Positions 12,361-24,521 of a stretch of 64,000 nt of DNA are shown here, piece by piece. The notes beneath the pieces are model-generated. The model did not search any database and was not told where the DNA came from. It saw only the letters and a program-made list of their open reading frames with translations. Each line of letters begins with the position of its first letter. The stretch's first letter is position 1. The translations under genes were made by a program, and so were the position numbers. Location: contig CM026547.1 in assembly GCA_014905635.1 (NCBI GenBank), positions 186,001 through 250,000 of the forward strand. The letters run 5' to 3'. Source of the stretch: Scenedesmus sp. PABB004 (lineage: Eukaryota).

Positions 12361-15300
12361 GGCGCAGGCCGCGCAGCCCGCGGGCGACGCCGACATGGCC
12401 GACGCCGAGCAGCAGGGCGCGGCGGGCGGCGGCGGGGAGGGCGGCGGCGACGACAACGACGAGGTGGACCCGCTGGATGCCTTCATGGCCAACCAGGTGC
12501 TGCCAGAGGTGGCCAAGGTCCGCTGGAGCGTGCCCGACGCGGCCGGCGAGGCAGCCCCCGGCGCCGGCGGCGGCGGCGGCGAGGGCGGCGGCGCGGCGGC
12601 GCCCGCCGGCGGCGGCGGCGGCGGCGCCGCGCCCGGCGGCAGCCGGCCCGCGACGCCGAGCAGCAGCAAGCGCGGCCCCGCCGCGAGCGGTGCGCGGGCC
12701 AAGGCCAAGCGGCGCTTCTACAGCAGCGACGAGAGCAGCGACGAGCGCGACAGCGACGTGAGCGGCCGCGCCGCTGCAGCGCACGCCCGCGCCCGCGCCG
12801 CGCCCGCGCCCGCGCCGCGGCCGCGCGGCCGCCGCCGCCGCCGCCGACGCGCGTGTGCGGCGCCCCGCCGCTGCGCAGGACTCTGGCGAGGAGGAGGCGG
12901 AGCTCGACGACGCGGCGTGGGCCAAGGCGGTGACGGCGGGCAAGCTGTCCAAGGGCGACAAGCTGCTCGCGGTCGACCACGCCGCCGTGACCTACCCGCC
13001 CTTCCGCCGGGCCTTCTACATCGAGGCGCGCGCGCGCGCGCGCGCGTGGCGAGGCGCCTGGGTTCAGGGTCCAGGCTGCCGCGCCGCCGGCCGGCGGGGC
13101 GCTTGCGCGCGCCGGCGGGGCGCCGGCGCAGCAGCGGCGGCGGCAGCCGCGCGTGCGAGCGGGCGGCCCACGCGCGGGCTGCTGCTGCCTGCCTGCCTCA
13201 CCCCCCCCCCCCCTTGTGTCCCCCATCAGGTGCCGGAGATCAAGCGCATGACCGAGCCGGAGGTCGCGGCGCTGCGCAAGGAGCTCGACGGCATCAAGGC
13301 GCGCGGCACAGCGCACAGCACAGCGCGCACAGCACGGCACAGCACAGCGCGCGCAGCACGGCGCAGCGCGACGACCCGCGCCGCGCCTCGGCCCCGCCGC
13401 CGCGCGCCCGCCCGCACGCACGCACGCACGCACGCCCCGCCCCACCCCGCCCGCCCCTCCCCGCCCACCCCGCGGGGCGCAGGTCCGCGGCAAGAACCCG
13501 CCGCGCCCGATCAAGGCGTGGACGCAGAGCGGGCTGTCGGGGCGCGTGCTCGACATTCTGCGGCGCAACGGCTTTGACCGCCCGCTCGCCATCCAGGCCC
13601 AGGCGCGCCACGCCGCTGCACTCCCCCTGCCCCTCCCCTTCCCACTCGCTCCGCGCGCCGCCGCGCGAGCGCCGAGCCCGCTCGGCCGCCCTCCCAACCT
13701 TTGTCGACCGCCCGCTCACTGCCGCAGGCCGTGCCGATCATCATGAGCGGCCGCGACTGCATCGGCATCGCCAAGACGGGCAGCGGCAAGACGCTCGCGT
13801 TTGTGCTGCCCATGCTGCGCCACATCAAGGACCAGCCGCCCCTCGCAAACGGCGACGGCCCCGTCGCGCTCATCATGGCGCCCACGCGCGAGCTGGTGCA
13901 GCAGATCAGCAAGGCGCGCCCGCTGCCGCGCCGCGCTGCTGTGCGCCACACGGTGCCGCCGCCGCCGCCGCGCGCCGCCGTCGCTGCGTGCTCGCCGCCG
14001 CTCAACCCCCGACCCGCCTCCCTGCCTCCCTGCCTCCCTGCCCCGCAGGAGGTGAAGCGCTTTGGCCGCGCGGTCGGGCTCACGAGCGTCGCCGTGTTTG
14101 GCGGCAGCGGCGTGGCCAACCAGATCAGCGAGCTCAAGCGCGGCGCCGAGGTGCGCGGCACGGCCTGGCCTGGCCGCCTCCCTCGTCCCTCCTCCTCCCT
14201 CCCCCCCCCCCCCCCACACACACTCACACAATCAACACGCACGCACACGCGCGCGCAGGTCGTCGCCGCGACGCCCGGCCGGCTGATCGACCTGCTGGTC
14301 AACGGCGGCGGCAAGATCACCAACCTGCGCCGCGTGACCTACCTGGTGCTGGACGAGGCCGACCGCATGTTCGACATGGGCTTCGAGCCGCAGGCGCGCG
14401 CGGGGCCCGCGCGGGGGCGCTATAGGGGCTCAGGTTGAGGGTTTTAGCGGGAGGCCGCACGCTTCAGGCGGTGCTCGGTGTGTCGCCGGCGCGCGGCGGG
14501 TGGGGTGGACTCCTGGCGGTTGATGGATGCCGAACGCCGGCGGCCCTCGCCCGCAAGGAGTGCGCCCTCCCCGCCGCGCCCCGGCGGCACGCCGGACGGC
14601 GCCGCCGGCCGCGCGCGCGCCGCGCCGCCGGCCGGGGGCGGCGCAGCGGCGGGCGCGGGGCGGAGGCGCTCGCGGCCGGGCGCGGGGCGGCTGCACGCCG
14701 TCGGTGTCGTCGCGCGTGCGCCGTCGGTGCGCGGCAGCGCGTGGCCGGCGTGTCGTAGACGGACACGCAATGCCCACGCGCTGCCGCGCGTCGACGGCCC
14801 GCGCCGCACGACACCCACTCACTCGCTCCCTCACTCATTCACTCACGCCCTCTCCCACCCCACTCCCCCCCCCCCCCACCCACCCACCCCCCTCCAACAC
14901 ACGCGCAGATCATGCGCATCGTCGGCAACATCCGCCCCGACCGCCAGTGCGTCATGTTCAGCGCCACCTTCCCGCGCTCCGTCGAGGCGCTCGCGCGGCA
15001 GGTGCTCAAGGACCCGGTCGAGATTCAGGTGCGGCCCGACCCGCGCGCCGCACCCGGCCGCGCCGCGCGCCGCGGCGGGGCGCAGGGCACCCCGCGCGCG
15101 CGCTGCTCCCTGGCCCCCGCCCGCGCGGCGCGGCGCGCCCTCGGACCGCGCGACCGGGCGGCGGCCGGACCCCTCCCCGGCTCCCCACGGTCCACAGCTC
15201 GCGCTCGCGCTCGCTCACCCCGCGCTCGCCACCGCTCGCTCACCCCGTCGCCGCGCGGCGCCGCCCCGGCCGCGCAGGTCGGCGGGCGCAGCGTGGTCAA

Positions 15301-15465
15301 CGCCGACATCGCGCAGTTTGTGGAGATCCGGCCCGAAGCCGAGCGCTGGCTGCGCCTGCTGGAGGTCCTGGGCGAGTGGTACGAGGCGGGCAAGATCATC
15401 ATCTTTGTCCACACCCAGGACAAGGCAGACAACCTGTTCAGGGACCTGCTCAAGGTGCGGCGTGG

Positions 15466-15500
<35 letters not shown>

Positions 15501-17703
15501 CGTGTGTGGGTGTGTGCAGAAGAAGGGGGGGGGCAGGGGGCAGGGCGGCGGCGGCGCGGGGGTGTGTGGCGGGGCAGCAGCGGCGGGGTCCGCGCGCTGC
15601 CTCGCCCACCCACGCACGCCCACACCCACACCCACACCCACACGCCGCCCACCACGCACCCACACACCCTCTCGCGCGCAGGCGGGCTACCCGTGCCTCT
15701 CGCTGCACGGCGGCAAGGACCAGAGCGACCGCGAGTGCACGATCGGCGACTTCAAGGGCGGCGTGTGCAACATCCTCGTCGCGACGAGCGTCGCCGCGCG
15801 CGGGCTGGACGTGCGGGAGCTCGTGCTCGTCGTCAACTACGACGCGCCAAACCACCACGAGGACTACGTCCACCGGTGGGCGCAGGGTTTGGGTTTAGGG
15901 GCGCACCACGCGGCGGCGGGGTTGAGCGGCGCGCGGGCGCAGCGGCGCGGCTGGCAGGGCGGCGGCTGCGCGCCAAAGGCGGCGGCGCGCAGCGCGGCCC
16001 CCGCCGACGCCGCCCGCCCGCGCACGCGCGCGCCGCAGCGTGGGGCGCACTGGCCGCGCGGGCAACAAGGGCACGGCCGTGACGTTCATCGGCCCCGACG
16101 AGGAGCGCTACGCGCCAGACCTGGTCAAGGCGCTGCGCGAGAGCGGCGCGGCGGTGCCGCAGGACCTGCAGGCGCGCGCGCGCGCACGCAGGGGTTATGG
16201 GGCGCGCGGCGCCGGCCGGCTGCGCGCGGCGGGTGGGCGGGGTGGGGCCGGCGGCGCTGCTCGCGGCAGGCAGGGCCGGACGCGGGGCGGCACCCCCCGC
16301 TGACCCCGAGGCGCCGCCGCCGCCGCCGCGCCTGGCCGGCCGCGTGGTGGTGCCCGCAGGCGCTCGCCGACTCGTTCACGGCCAAGCGCAAGGCGGGGCT
16401 GGTGCAGGGCCACGGCAGCGGCTTTGGCGGCAGCGGGTTCAAATTCGACAAGGACGAGGACTCCCTGGTCAAGGCGGCGCGCAAGAGCAAGGCCAAGGTG
16501 CGGCGCCGCCGCCGCCGCATGGGCGGCGGGCGACGCGCGGCCTGGCCGCGGCCCGCGGCCTCGCAGGGCCCCTGCTCGCCCCGCGCGCCCGCGCCCGCTG
16601 ACCCGGCCCCCGCCGCCGCCGCTGCCCCGCCTTGACCCCCCCCTAAACCCCCGCCAGGAGTTTGGCATCGTCGTGGAGGACGGCGAGGACGGCGACGACG
16701 ACAGGGACAAGCTGCCGGGGCTCGGCGACGACGACGACAACATCCGCCCCGCCGGCACGTCCGCCGCGGCGGCCGCCGCGGGCGCCGGCGGCGGCGCCGG
16801 CCTGCCCCTCATCACCCCCGTGCCCATCACGAGCGTCGCGGTGCCCGGCCTCGCGGCGGCGCCCGCCGCCAACGGCCTGCCCGGCGCGCCCGCGCCGGGC
16901 GTGGCCGCGCCGGCGCTGCTCGGCGCGCCTGGCGCGCCGCCGCCCGGGCCGCTGGGCATCGTGGAGGCGGCCAAGGCGGCCGCCGCGCTCGCGAGCGGGC
17001 TGCCGCCGCCGGGCGCGCTCGGCATGCCGCCGCCGGGACCGCTCGGCATGCCGCCGCCGGGGCCGCCCGGCGCGCCCGCCGGCGGCGGCATCGCGGCGAT
17101 GATGCGCGCCGCCGCGGCGGCGGCCGCCGCGGCCGGCGGCGCGCCGCCGCCGGGCGCGATGCTCGCGCCGCTCGGCGCGGCCGGCGCGGCGGCCGCGGCG
17201 GCGCCGCCGCCGGCGCCGCGGGGCTACGAGGCTGAGATCGAGATCAATGACTTCCCCCAGACCGCGCGCTGGAAGGTCACGCACAAGGGCTTCCAGGCCG
17301 ACCTCACCGAGCTCACCGGCGCCGCGGTCACGACCAAGGGCCTCTACATCAAGAGCGGTGCGCGCCGCACCACCGCGGGGCCGCCGCGGCGGCGGCGGGG
17401 CCGGGCGGCGGGGGCGGGCCGCGTCCGCCCCGCGCCCGGTGCCGCGCCGCGCCTCGCGCCCTCGCGCCGCGGCTCACGCCCCTCCCGCCCCGCCGCGCCT
17501 CCTGCGCCGCCGCCTCCCGCGCCCCGGCCTGCCCCGCAGGCGAGCCGCCCGAGGGCGAGCGCAAGCTGTACCTGCTGATCGAGGCGCCGACCGAGGCGCA
17601 GGTGCGCCGCGCGAAGCAGGAGATCCGCCGCGCGGTCGAGGAGGGCGTGGAGAAGGCGATGCGGCGCGAGACGGGCGCGGGCGGGCGCTACACCATCGTG
17701 TGA
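10997..17703 (+). CDS. DDX46: DEAD-box RNA helicase DDX46/Prp5 (plant RH42-like), ~18 exons
   Basis: RS-rich N-terminus, two DPLDAFMA repeats, Q motif, [69 protein letters not shown]-terminal [18 protein letters not shown]-like domain. Confidence 0.96.
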
Positions 17704-18672
17704 GCCCGCCCGCCCGCGCCGCCGCCCCGCCGCGAGCCGCCGCGAGCCGTGCGCGCGCGCGCGCGCGCGCGCGCGGCGTCCCCCGCGCGCGCGGCGCGGG
17801 CGGCGCCGCACGGAGCCGCTGGAGCGGGCGGCGCCTCCTCCCCCGAGCCGCCGCCGCCGCCACGAGTGGCGCCCGGCGCGACGCCCGGCGCGACGCCCGG
17901 CGCGCCGCCGCCCCAGGTGTGCGCGCCGCGCCGCGCGCGTCGCTTGCGCCGCGGCGCGCGCGCCGGCTCGCGGCAGGCGCTCGGCCAGGCGGCGACAGCC
18001 GGGGCAGCTTCAGCGGCAGGGGGGGGGGGGGGGTGGTGAGTAGACAGGCGGGCGGGCTCGAGGGGCACGGCGGCCGTGTGCGAGTGAGTGAACCCAGGTT
18101 CACTGGGAGCGGCAGCAGCGCCAGGCGCCGCCGCCGCCACCGCCCCTGGCCGCAGCCGCCCTTGTCGCGGCTGCAGGAGCCCCCCCGGACTCCCGGACCC
18201 CCCGGACCACCGCCCCCCGTGCAGACGCACGGCAAGCGGCGACGCCGGCACTCGCCACGCGCCACGCGGTGGGTTGCCGGGGCGGCGGCGGCGGCGGCGA
18301 CGACCCGGCGGCGCTGCCGCTGGGGGCGGCGCGCGGGCGCGGCCACGCGCTCGCGCTGGCTGCCGCTGTCCGCAGGCCGGCGCGCCCCGCGCCGGCGCCG
18401 GCGCGCAGTGCGGCCTGCCGCGGAGCTGCCGGCCGGCGCAGCAGCTGCTGCAGTCGCGGCGTGGACGTGCGCGCCGTGCTGCGCGGACCGGCTGCTGCGC
18501 GGCGTGTTTTGACTGTGCAGTGCGCGGCGCGCGCAGCACGCAGCGCGCGCCTCGTGGCCAGGCGTCTCAGTGAATTGCACCGGACGCGCGCCCCGCCGTC
18601 GCCCGCCCGCTCGCTCGCTCGCTCGCTCGCCCCCTCCTCGGCCTGCAGCTGCAGGGCTCGGGGCTCAGGGGT

Positions 18673-20340
18673 TTAGAGGAAGTATGGCGTGATGGAGGCA
18701 GGAAATGAGAGGCGCAGGATTTCCCGCTTGTTGCTCACTCCGTCCTCGCGGACCCACACCTGCACGCGAGCGAGCGAGGCACGCCCCAGGTCAGCGGGCG
18801 CTGACCTGGGCCCGCAGCTGCGCAAGCAGCGCGCCGCGCCTGCGAGCGCCCCCCGCCACGCGCGCGCGCGGCGCGCCGCCTGCCGCGCCTGGCTGCACTC
18901 CAGCACGCCGTCGGCGCGGACGAGCTCCGCGAAGCCCGCCGTGCTGCCGCCGACGCCGAAATAAAACGACTTGGCCGCCAGCAGCGCGACGCCGTGCGGC
19001 GGCTGCAGCACCTGCGCCGCCGCAGGGCAGCGCGGCGGGCAGAGGTCGGCGGCCGTGCGCCTGCTGCGCCGGCTGCGCCTGCGCCGCTGCCTCTGCCGGC
19101 CGCCGCCCCGCCGCTGCCGCGGCCGCGCCTGCTTTATGCACTCCAGCAGCGCCGCGTTTGAGTCGAGGCTGTAGATCGTCTCCGCCGCCAGCACCAGGTC
19201 GTAGTGCCCGCCCAGCCCGCGCGCCGCGAGCGCGCAGCCGACGTCGGCCCAGTCGCCCGCAAAGAAGCGCGGCGGCTCGCGCAGCGCGCCACCGGGCAGG
19301 CGCGCCGTGTTGGCCTGCACGTTGGGCGCCGTGAGCTGCGTGATGACCTCGCGGTTGAAGTCCTGCGCAGCGGCGCGTGCGCGCCGGCCGGCCGCCGTGC
19401 GGCAGCCTCAGCGACGGCAATGGCCTCGGCGGCAGTGCTGCGCGTGCCGCCGCTGCGCCCGCGCCCGCCGGGCGCGCCTGGAAGTGGACCGTCGCGCCCG
19501 CGAGCAGGCAGAGCACGCCCGGCAGGCCGTGCCCGCAGCCCAGCTCCAGAACCTTCTTGCCCTGCCGCCGCAGGCGGGGGCGGCGGCGATGGTGAGGCGC
19601 CGGCGGCTGCGGCGCAAGCGCGGCGCCGCCCGCAGCACAGCCCCCGGCGGGCCACGCGCGGCGCGGCGCCGCGCACCCGCAGGCTGCCGCCGGGGCTGGC
19701 CGCGCGCAGCAGCTCGGGTGTGAGCTGGTGCTCTGAGATGAGGTAGCTGCACAGGTCAAGCGCGCCCTCCCAGAGCTTGAAGCCGCCTGCGGCGCGTGGC
19801 GCGGGCGCCCTGAGGCGCGGCAGCACCGCGCGCTGGGGCCGCTGCAGCCTTTTGCTGCGCCGTGCCGGTGGCGCGGGCCCTGGTGGCGGCGCCGCACCTT
19901 CATACTTGCGCGGCACCAGGTCGCTCGCCTGCAGCGCCGGCTCGCCCAGGACCTCCGCAGCGGCGCGGCTGCTCACCACGCCCTGCGCGGACGCGCGAGT
20001 GGGCGGCGCGCCGAGCTCGGCGGCGCCCGCGGCGCGTGGCCTGAGCCGGCGGGGCTGCGCACCTTCAGCAAGCGCACGCCGCCGTCGAGCTCCACCTCTG
20101 TCGGCGGCTCCGCCGGCTGCGGTCGGGCGGCCCGGTCAGGGGGCTGGTGGCGGCGCGGCCCGCTCGCCGGCGGCATCGCCCACTCCCCCAGCGGCCGCAC
20201 CGCACCGTCGCCGCGTCGGCGGGGGGCACCTCCTCTGCGCTGCCGCCCGCGCTGGCGGCGCTGCTGCGGTCGCCCGCGCCGCCCTGCTGCGCCTGCGCCG
20301 GCCCGGGCTCGAAGAAGTTGAAGGAGAAGGCCGCCGCCAT
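18673..20340 (-). CDS. METTL18: Histidine protein methyltransferase 1 homolog (METTL18/Hpm1 family)
   Basis: F.FNF N-terminus, SDLVPRKYEG-GFKLWEGALDL, GKKVLELGCGHGLPG, VHFQDFNREV, FFAGDW, YDLVLAAETIY, AAKSFYFGVGG. Confidence 0.9.
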
Positions 20341-20645
20341 CGCGCCGGGCGGCGGCGCGGGTGCGGCGGCGTCCGCGGCGCCGCGCGACGGCTAGCTGGC
20401 GCGGGCAGCAGCGGCGGCGCGGCGCGGTGGGGCTCGCTGGCGCGGTCGGTGACGTGCGTTGTGCCTGTGGAGGCGAGAGAGGACCGGCTTCTCCTTGGAT
20501 GCCCGGTGCGCCCGAAACGTCGCGGCACCAGGCGCAGCGCGGCTCGACAGCTCCCGATCGCGGGCGTCAAGTGCGGCGCGCCGACGCCGCGAGCGCCACC
20601 TTCGCCAGCTTGACAGCTCCGCCTCGACCACCCCGGCTTGCCAAA

Positions 20646-22879
20646 ATGCCTGCGAGCGACTTCGCTGCTGCGCTGGAGTTCCTCAAGCAGCAGCATCTCG
20701 GCCCGCTGCTGAGCGCGGTGAACCAGAACCTGGTCAAGCTCAACAAGTGGGACACCGTGGGCAAGGCGCTGCAGGTGCGGCGCCCCGAGATGGCGCCCGC
20801 CGCCGGCGCGCGCCCCGGCCCGGATTCGACGTCGTGAATGGCGCGGGACGGACCCCGGACCCGCGCGGAGCCGGACGTGGCCGGCGCGGGCGCGGCGCGG
20901 CCGCTGCGCGCGGGGAGGCGGCGCAACAGTCGGCCATCACCGTTCACGCCTCCCGCGACCGCCGCGCAGGTGCTCGGCACCACCAACGTCCTCTCCGCGC
21001 CCGTCCTGGACGAGGATGGCGAGTACTTCGGCTGCCTGTCCGTCAACGACCTGCTGAAGAGCCTCTACAAGGGTGCGGCGCCCCGCGCGGCGGTGCCGCC
21101 GCCGCTGCTGCGCGCCCGCGCGCCGGCGGCGGCGCCGAGCGTGCCGCCCGCGCCCCGCGCCGCAGTGCTCGCGGCGGACGACGCGGAGTGGTTTGAGAAG
21201 ATCGACGCGATCACGCCCGCGCGCATGGTCGAGGTTGCGACGACCTTCTCGAAGCAGACCGTCGACAAGATCCAGCACGGTGCGCTCGCAGCGCGCGGGC
21301 CGCGCCGCGCAGCGCGCGCAGCCGCCGCGGCGCCCCCGCGCCAACGGCTGCCGACGCCGCCGCCCGCCGCCCGCTGCCCGCCGCTCGCTGCTCGCCGCCC
21401 GCCGCGGCCCGCCCGCGCAGCCGGCGACCTGTGGCTGCTCAACGCGGACGACGCGTCGACGCTGCTCGACGCCGTCATGGAGAGCTTCCGCATCCAGGAC
21501 CGCGCGGTGAGTGCGCGCGGGACGGGGGAGGGGGAGAGGGAGGCGCCCTCGCTGGGGCCGGCGGGGCGGGGCAGCCGCGGCGCTGCGGCGGCGGCGGCGG
21601 CGGCGGCGGCACGTGACGCGGCGCGCCCGCCCGCCCTCCACCGCGCCACCGCGCCGCCGGCCGGCGCGCAGGTGCACCACCGCCTGTTTGTGTGCTCCAA
21701 CGCGCACGAGCAGAAGAGCAACACCATGGCCGGCACGACCGTCATCAACATCACGCCCGGCAGCGAGCGCCTCTCCGCGTCCGGCCTCAACGTGCGCGCC
21801 CCAAAAGCGCCGCGGCGCGGCGCCCCGCGCGCGGCCGCGGCGCCGCTGCCCCGCGCGCCGCCGCCTGACAGCCCCGCCCCGCGCCCCGCGCCGCGCAGGT
21901 GACCCACGTCGTGAGCCAGAGCGACGTCGTGAAGCTGCTGTGGGCCAACAAGGCCGTGCTCGGCGGCGCGCTCAACCAGACCGTGGAGCAGCTGGAGCTG
22001 GACGCGGTGCGGCTGCAGCTGCGCCGCACGCGCCGCCGCCACGCCCGCCGGCCGCCGCCCGCGCCGCGCGCTCACCCTCATCCTGCCGGCGCCGCCGCTG
22101 CCCCTGCTGCCGCTCGCGCGCAGGGCAAGGCGTTCAGCGTGCCCGCGAGCATGACCGCGCTGGAGGCGTTCAGCCAGATGGCGCGCGACCACAAGTCGAG
22201 CGTGGGCGTGGTCGACCCCGCGGGCGGCAAGCTGCTCGGCAACCTCTCCGTCTCGGACCTGCGGTGCGGCGGCGGCGGCGGCGCGCGGCGCGGCGCGGGC
22301 GAGGGGGGCCACGGGGCCGCACCGCGCGCCCCCGTTCCGACGCGAGCCCGCCGCCCGCGCGCCGCCCCGCGCCGCAGCGGCCTGGCGGTGGAGGACTTCC
22401 CGCTGCTGCTGCTGACCGTGGGCGAGTACATTGCCGCGCGCCGCGGCCTGCCCGCGCTGTCCAAGGCCGACGCGCTCGCCGGCAAGCGTGCCGAGGTGCG
22501 GCCGCGCCCCTCAGCGCAGGGAAGGGGCGGGGGGCCTGCCTTGCGCCCGCGGTGCCGCCGCCGCCGCCGCCGACGGCGCTGACGCTCACGCGCCCACGCG
22601 CGCCGCCGCCGCGGCGCGCAGGCCGCGACCTCGGGCGACTGGGCGTCGCTGCTCGCGGGCGCGCCCGCGGTGTCTGTCACGGGCGCGTCGACGCTGGAGG
22701 CGGTGCTCGAGGCGCTCGCGGTGCGGGGGCTGCACCGCGTGTACGTCGTCGACGGCGACGGCAAGGCGAGCAGCATCATCACGCTCACCGACGTGCTGCG
22801 CCTCATCACCAAGCCCGACATCGTGCCGCCGCCGCCGCGCATCTCCATGGAGGTCAGCGACGACGACGACGAGGAGTGA
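20646..22879 (+). CDS. CBS-domain protein (tandem CBS pairs)
   Basis: TVGKALQVLGTTNVLSAPVLDEDGEYFGCLSVNDLL; VHHRLFV; VVSQSDVVKLL; TALEAFSQMARDHKSSVGVVDPAGGKLLGNLSVSDLR; TLEAVLEALAVRGLHRVYVVDGDGKASSIITLTDVLR. Confidence 0.88.
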
Positions 22880-23601
22880 GCGGCGCCGGCGGCGGCGGCG
22901 GCGGCGCCGGCGCGGCGCGGCGCATTGCTGGGCGGCGGGCGGCGGCCGCGGGCGCGGCGGCGGCGCGCGGTCCTGTGCGGGGCGGCATCGGTGTGTGCTG
23001 GCACTGAGCGCGCGTGTGTGGATGGCGGGGCAGCGGCGGCGGCGTGAACGACATCCACTTTGCAACCCCCTTCTCGATTGCAGCCGGCAGCTCTTGCGTT
23101 GGAAGAGAGGTCTGCCAGGTTCCACAGAGCTGGTCACTCGTACACGCGCCGATATGATAATAGCCGCCGCCGCCGCAGTCAAAACAAACTCCCCGCACGC
23201 ACACTGCACTCTGGCGACCCCTGCCGGCACTCCACAAGCCCCCAGCTAGCCGTCGCTCGACGAGTCTCGCAGGTGCGCCCCGGCTCGCTCGCCCGGCCCG
23301 CCCGGTCTGGGCGGTGCTTTGAGTCCCGGTCTGTCTGCGGCAGCCGCCGGCATCGGGCGCGGCATCGGGCGCGGCGCCCGCAGCGGGCGTGCCAGCCATG
23401 CCGAAGTCCAGCTCCCGCGGCACGGGCGCTGCAGCCCAGACCGCGCGGGGGCGCGCGTTGCCTTCAGCAGCATCATCAGGCCGTCCTCCCCTCGCGCCGG
23501 CGCGGCCGGGCGCGAGCGTCACCGGGCCGCCGCTGCTGCGGGCAGCTGAAGCCGCCCGCCGCCGCCCGCTGCCGTGTCGCGCAGGCCCGGACCGTGCCAC
23601 C

Positions 23602-24223
23602 ATGAAGCTGCTCTTCGTGCTCGCGACGCTGGCGCTGGTCGCCGTCGCGTCCGCGCAGGACACGAAGCCCTCCAACTGGGCGCCCTGGCCCAAGGTCGTG
23701 CCGAGCACCGTCCCCGGGCTCTGGCGCCTCACCCAGGTCACGGCGCCGCCCTTCCCCGAGGTCACGCTCGCCGCCACCCGTGAGCGCCGCGCGCCCGCGT
23801 GCTGCGCGTGCACCCGGCGTCCGCCTGCCTGGCGGCCCGCGCGCCGAGCGCCCCTCCGCGCCGCCCTCACCCCGCCTCGCGTCGCGCGCAGTCTCGGGCA
23901 CCACCCTGTCGCTCGCGGGCGCCGACAACTCGACCGGCGCGCCCGTCACCGGCGCGGGCTACTTCTACAAGCTGAGCTCGCGCTCCGCCGGCGCCGGTGC
24001 CGCGTCCGCCTCGCCCAACCATTGGGCGATCACCGCCTACCCCACATTCAAGGTCTATTTCAGCAACCTCCGCCCCGACGTGGCCGGCAGCGGCGGCTGG
24101 TTCACCGCGGTGCAGGCCGACCGCGACACCGTCTACCTCTACCCCGGCTTTGACGCCGTCATCCCCAAGCCCCTCGCGCCCCTCGCCGGCGGCTGGTCGA
24201 TGACGCGCACGGCCGGCCCCTGA
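23602..24223 (+). CDS. Small secreted protein of unknown function (two coding exons, plus a 5' UTR intron)
   Basis: Strong Kozak context GCCACCATG; signal peptide MKLLFVLATLALVAVASAQ; host-like codon usage; coding intron ~23780-23891; upstream intron ~23273-23584. Confidence 0.8.
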
Positions 24224-24521
24224 GCGCCGGCAGGCAGGCGGGCGGGGCGCGGGGCCGCCGCGACGGCGCAGCAGGCGCGTTGACAGCGTGTTCCTTCCTT
24301 GTGCGGGGCCCGAGGGGTTTTTAAGGGGCGGCCGCTGACCACACGGCGCCCGGGCGTGACGACGCGCACTGCACTGCTATGTGATCACATGGATCATGAT
24401 CCATGGCGTGGGCGTTCTGCGGGCTGGGCTTTGCACTGAGTATATGTTGATCGCTCATCTGAAGCGAGAGACCCCGACCGTAACCGACGCACGGGCCGCC
24501 GTGACCAGCGCACCGGCACCG

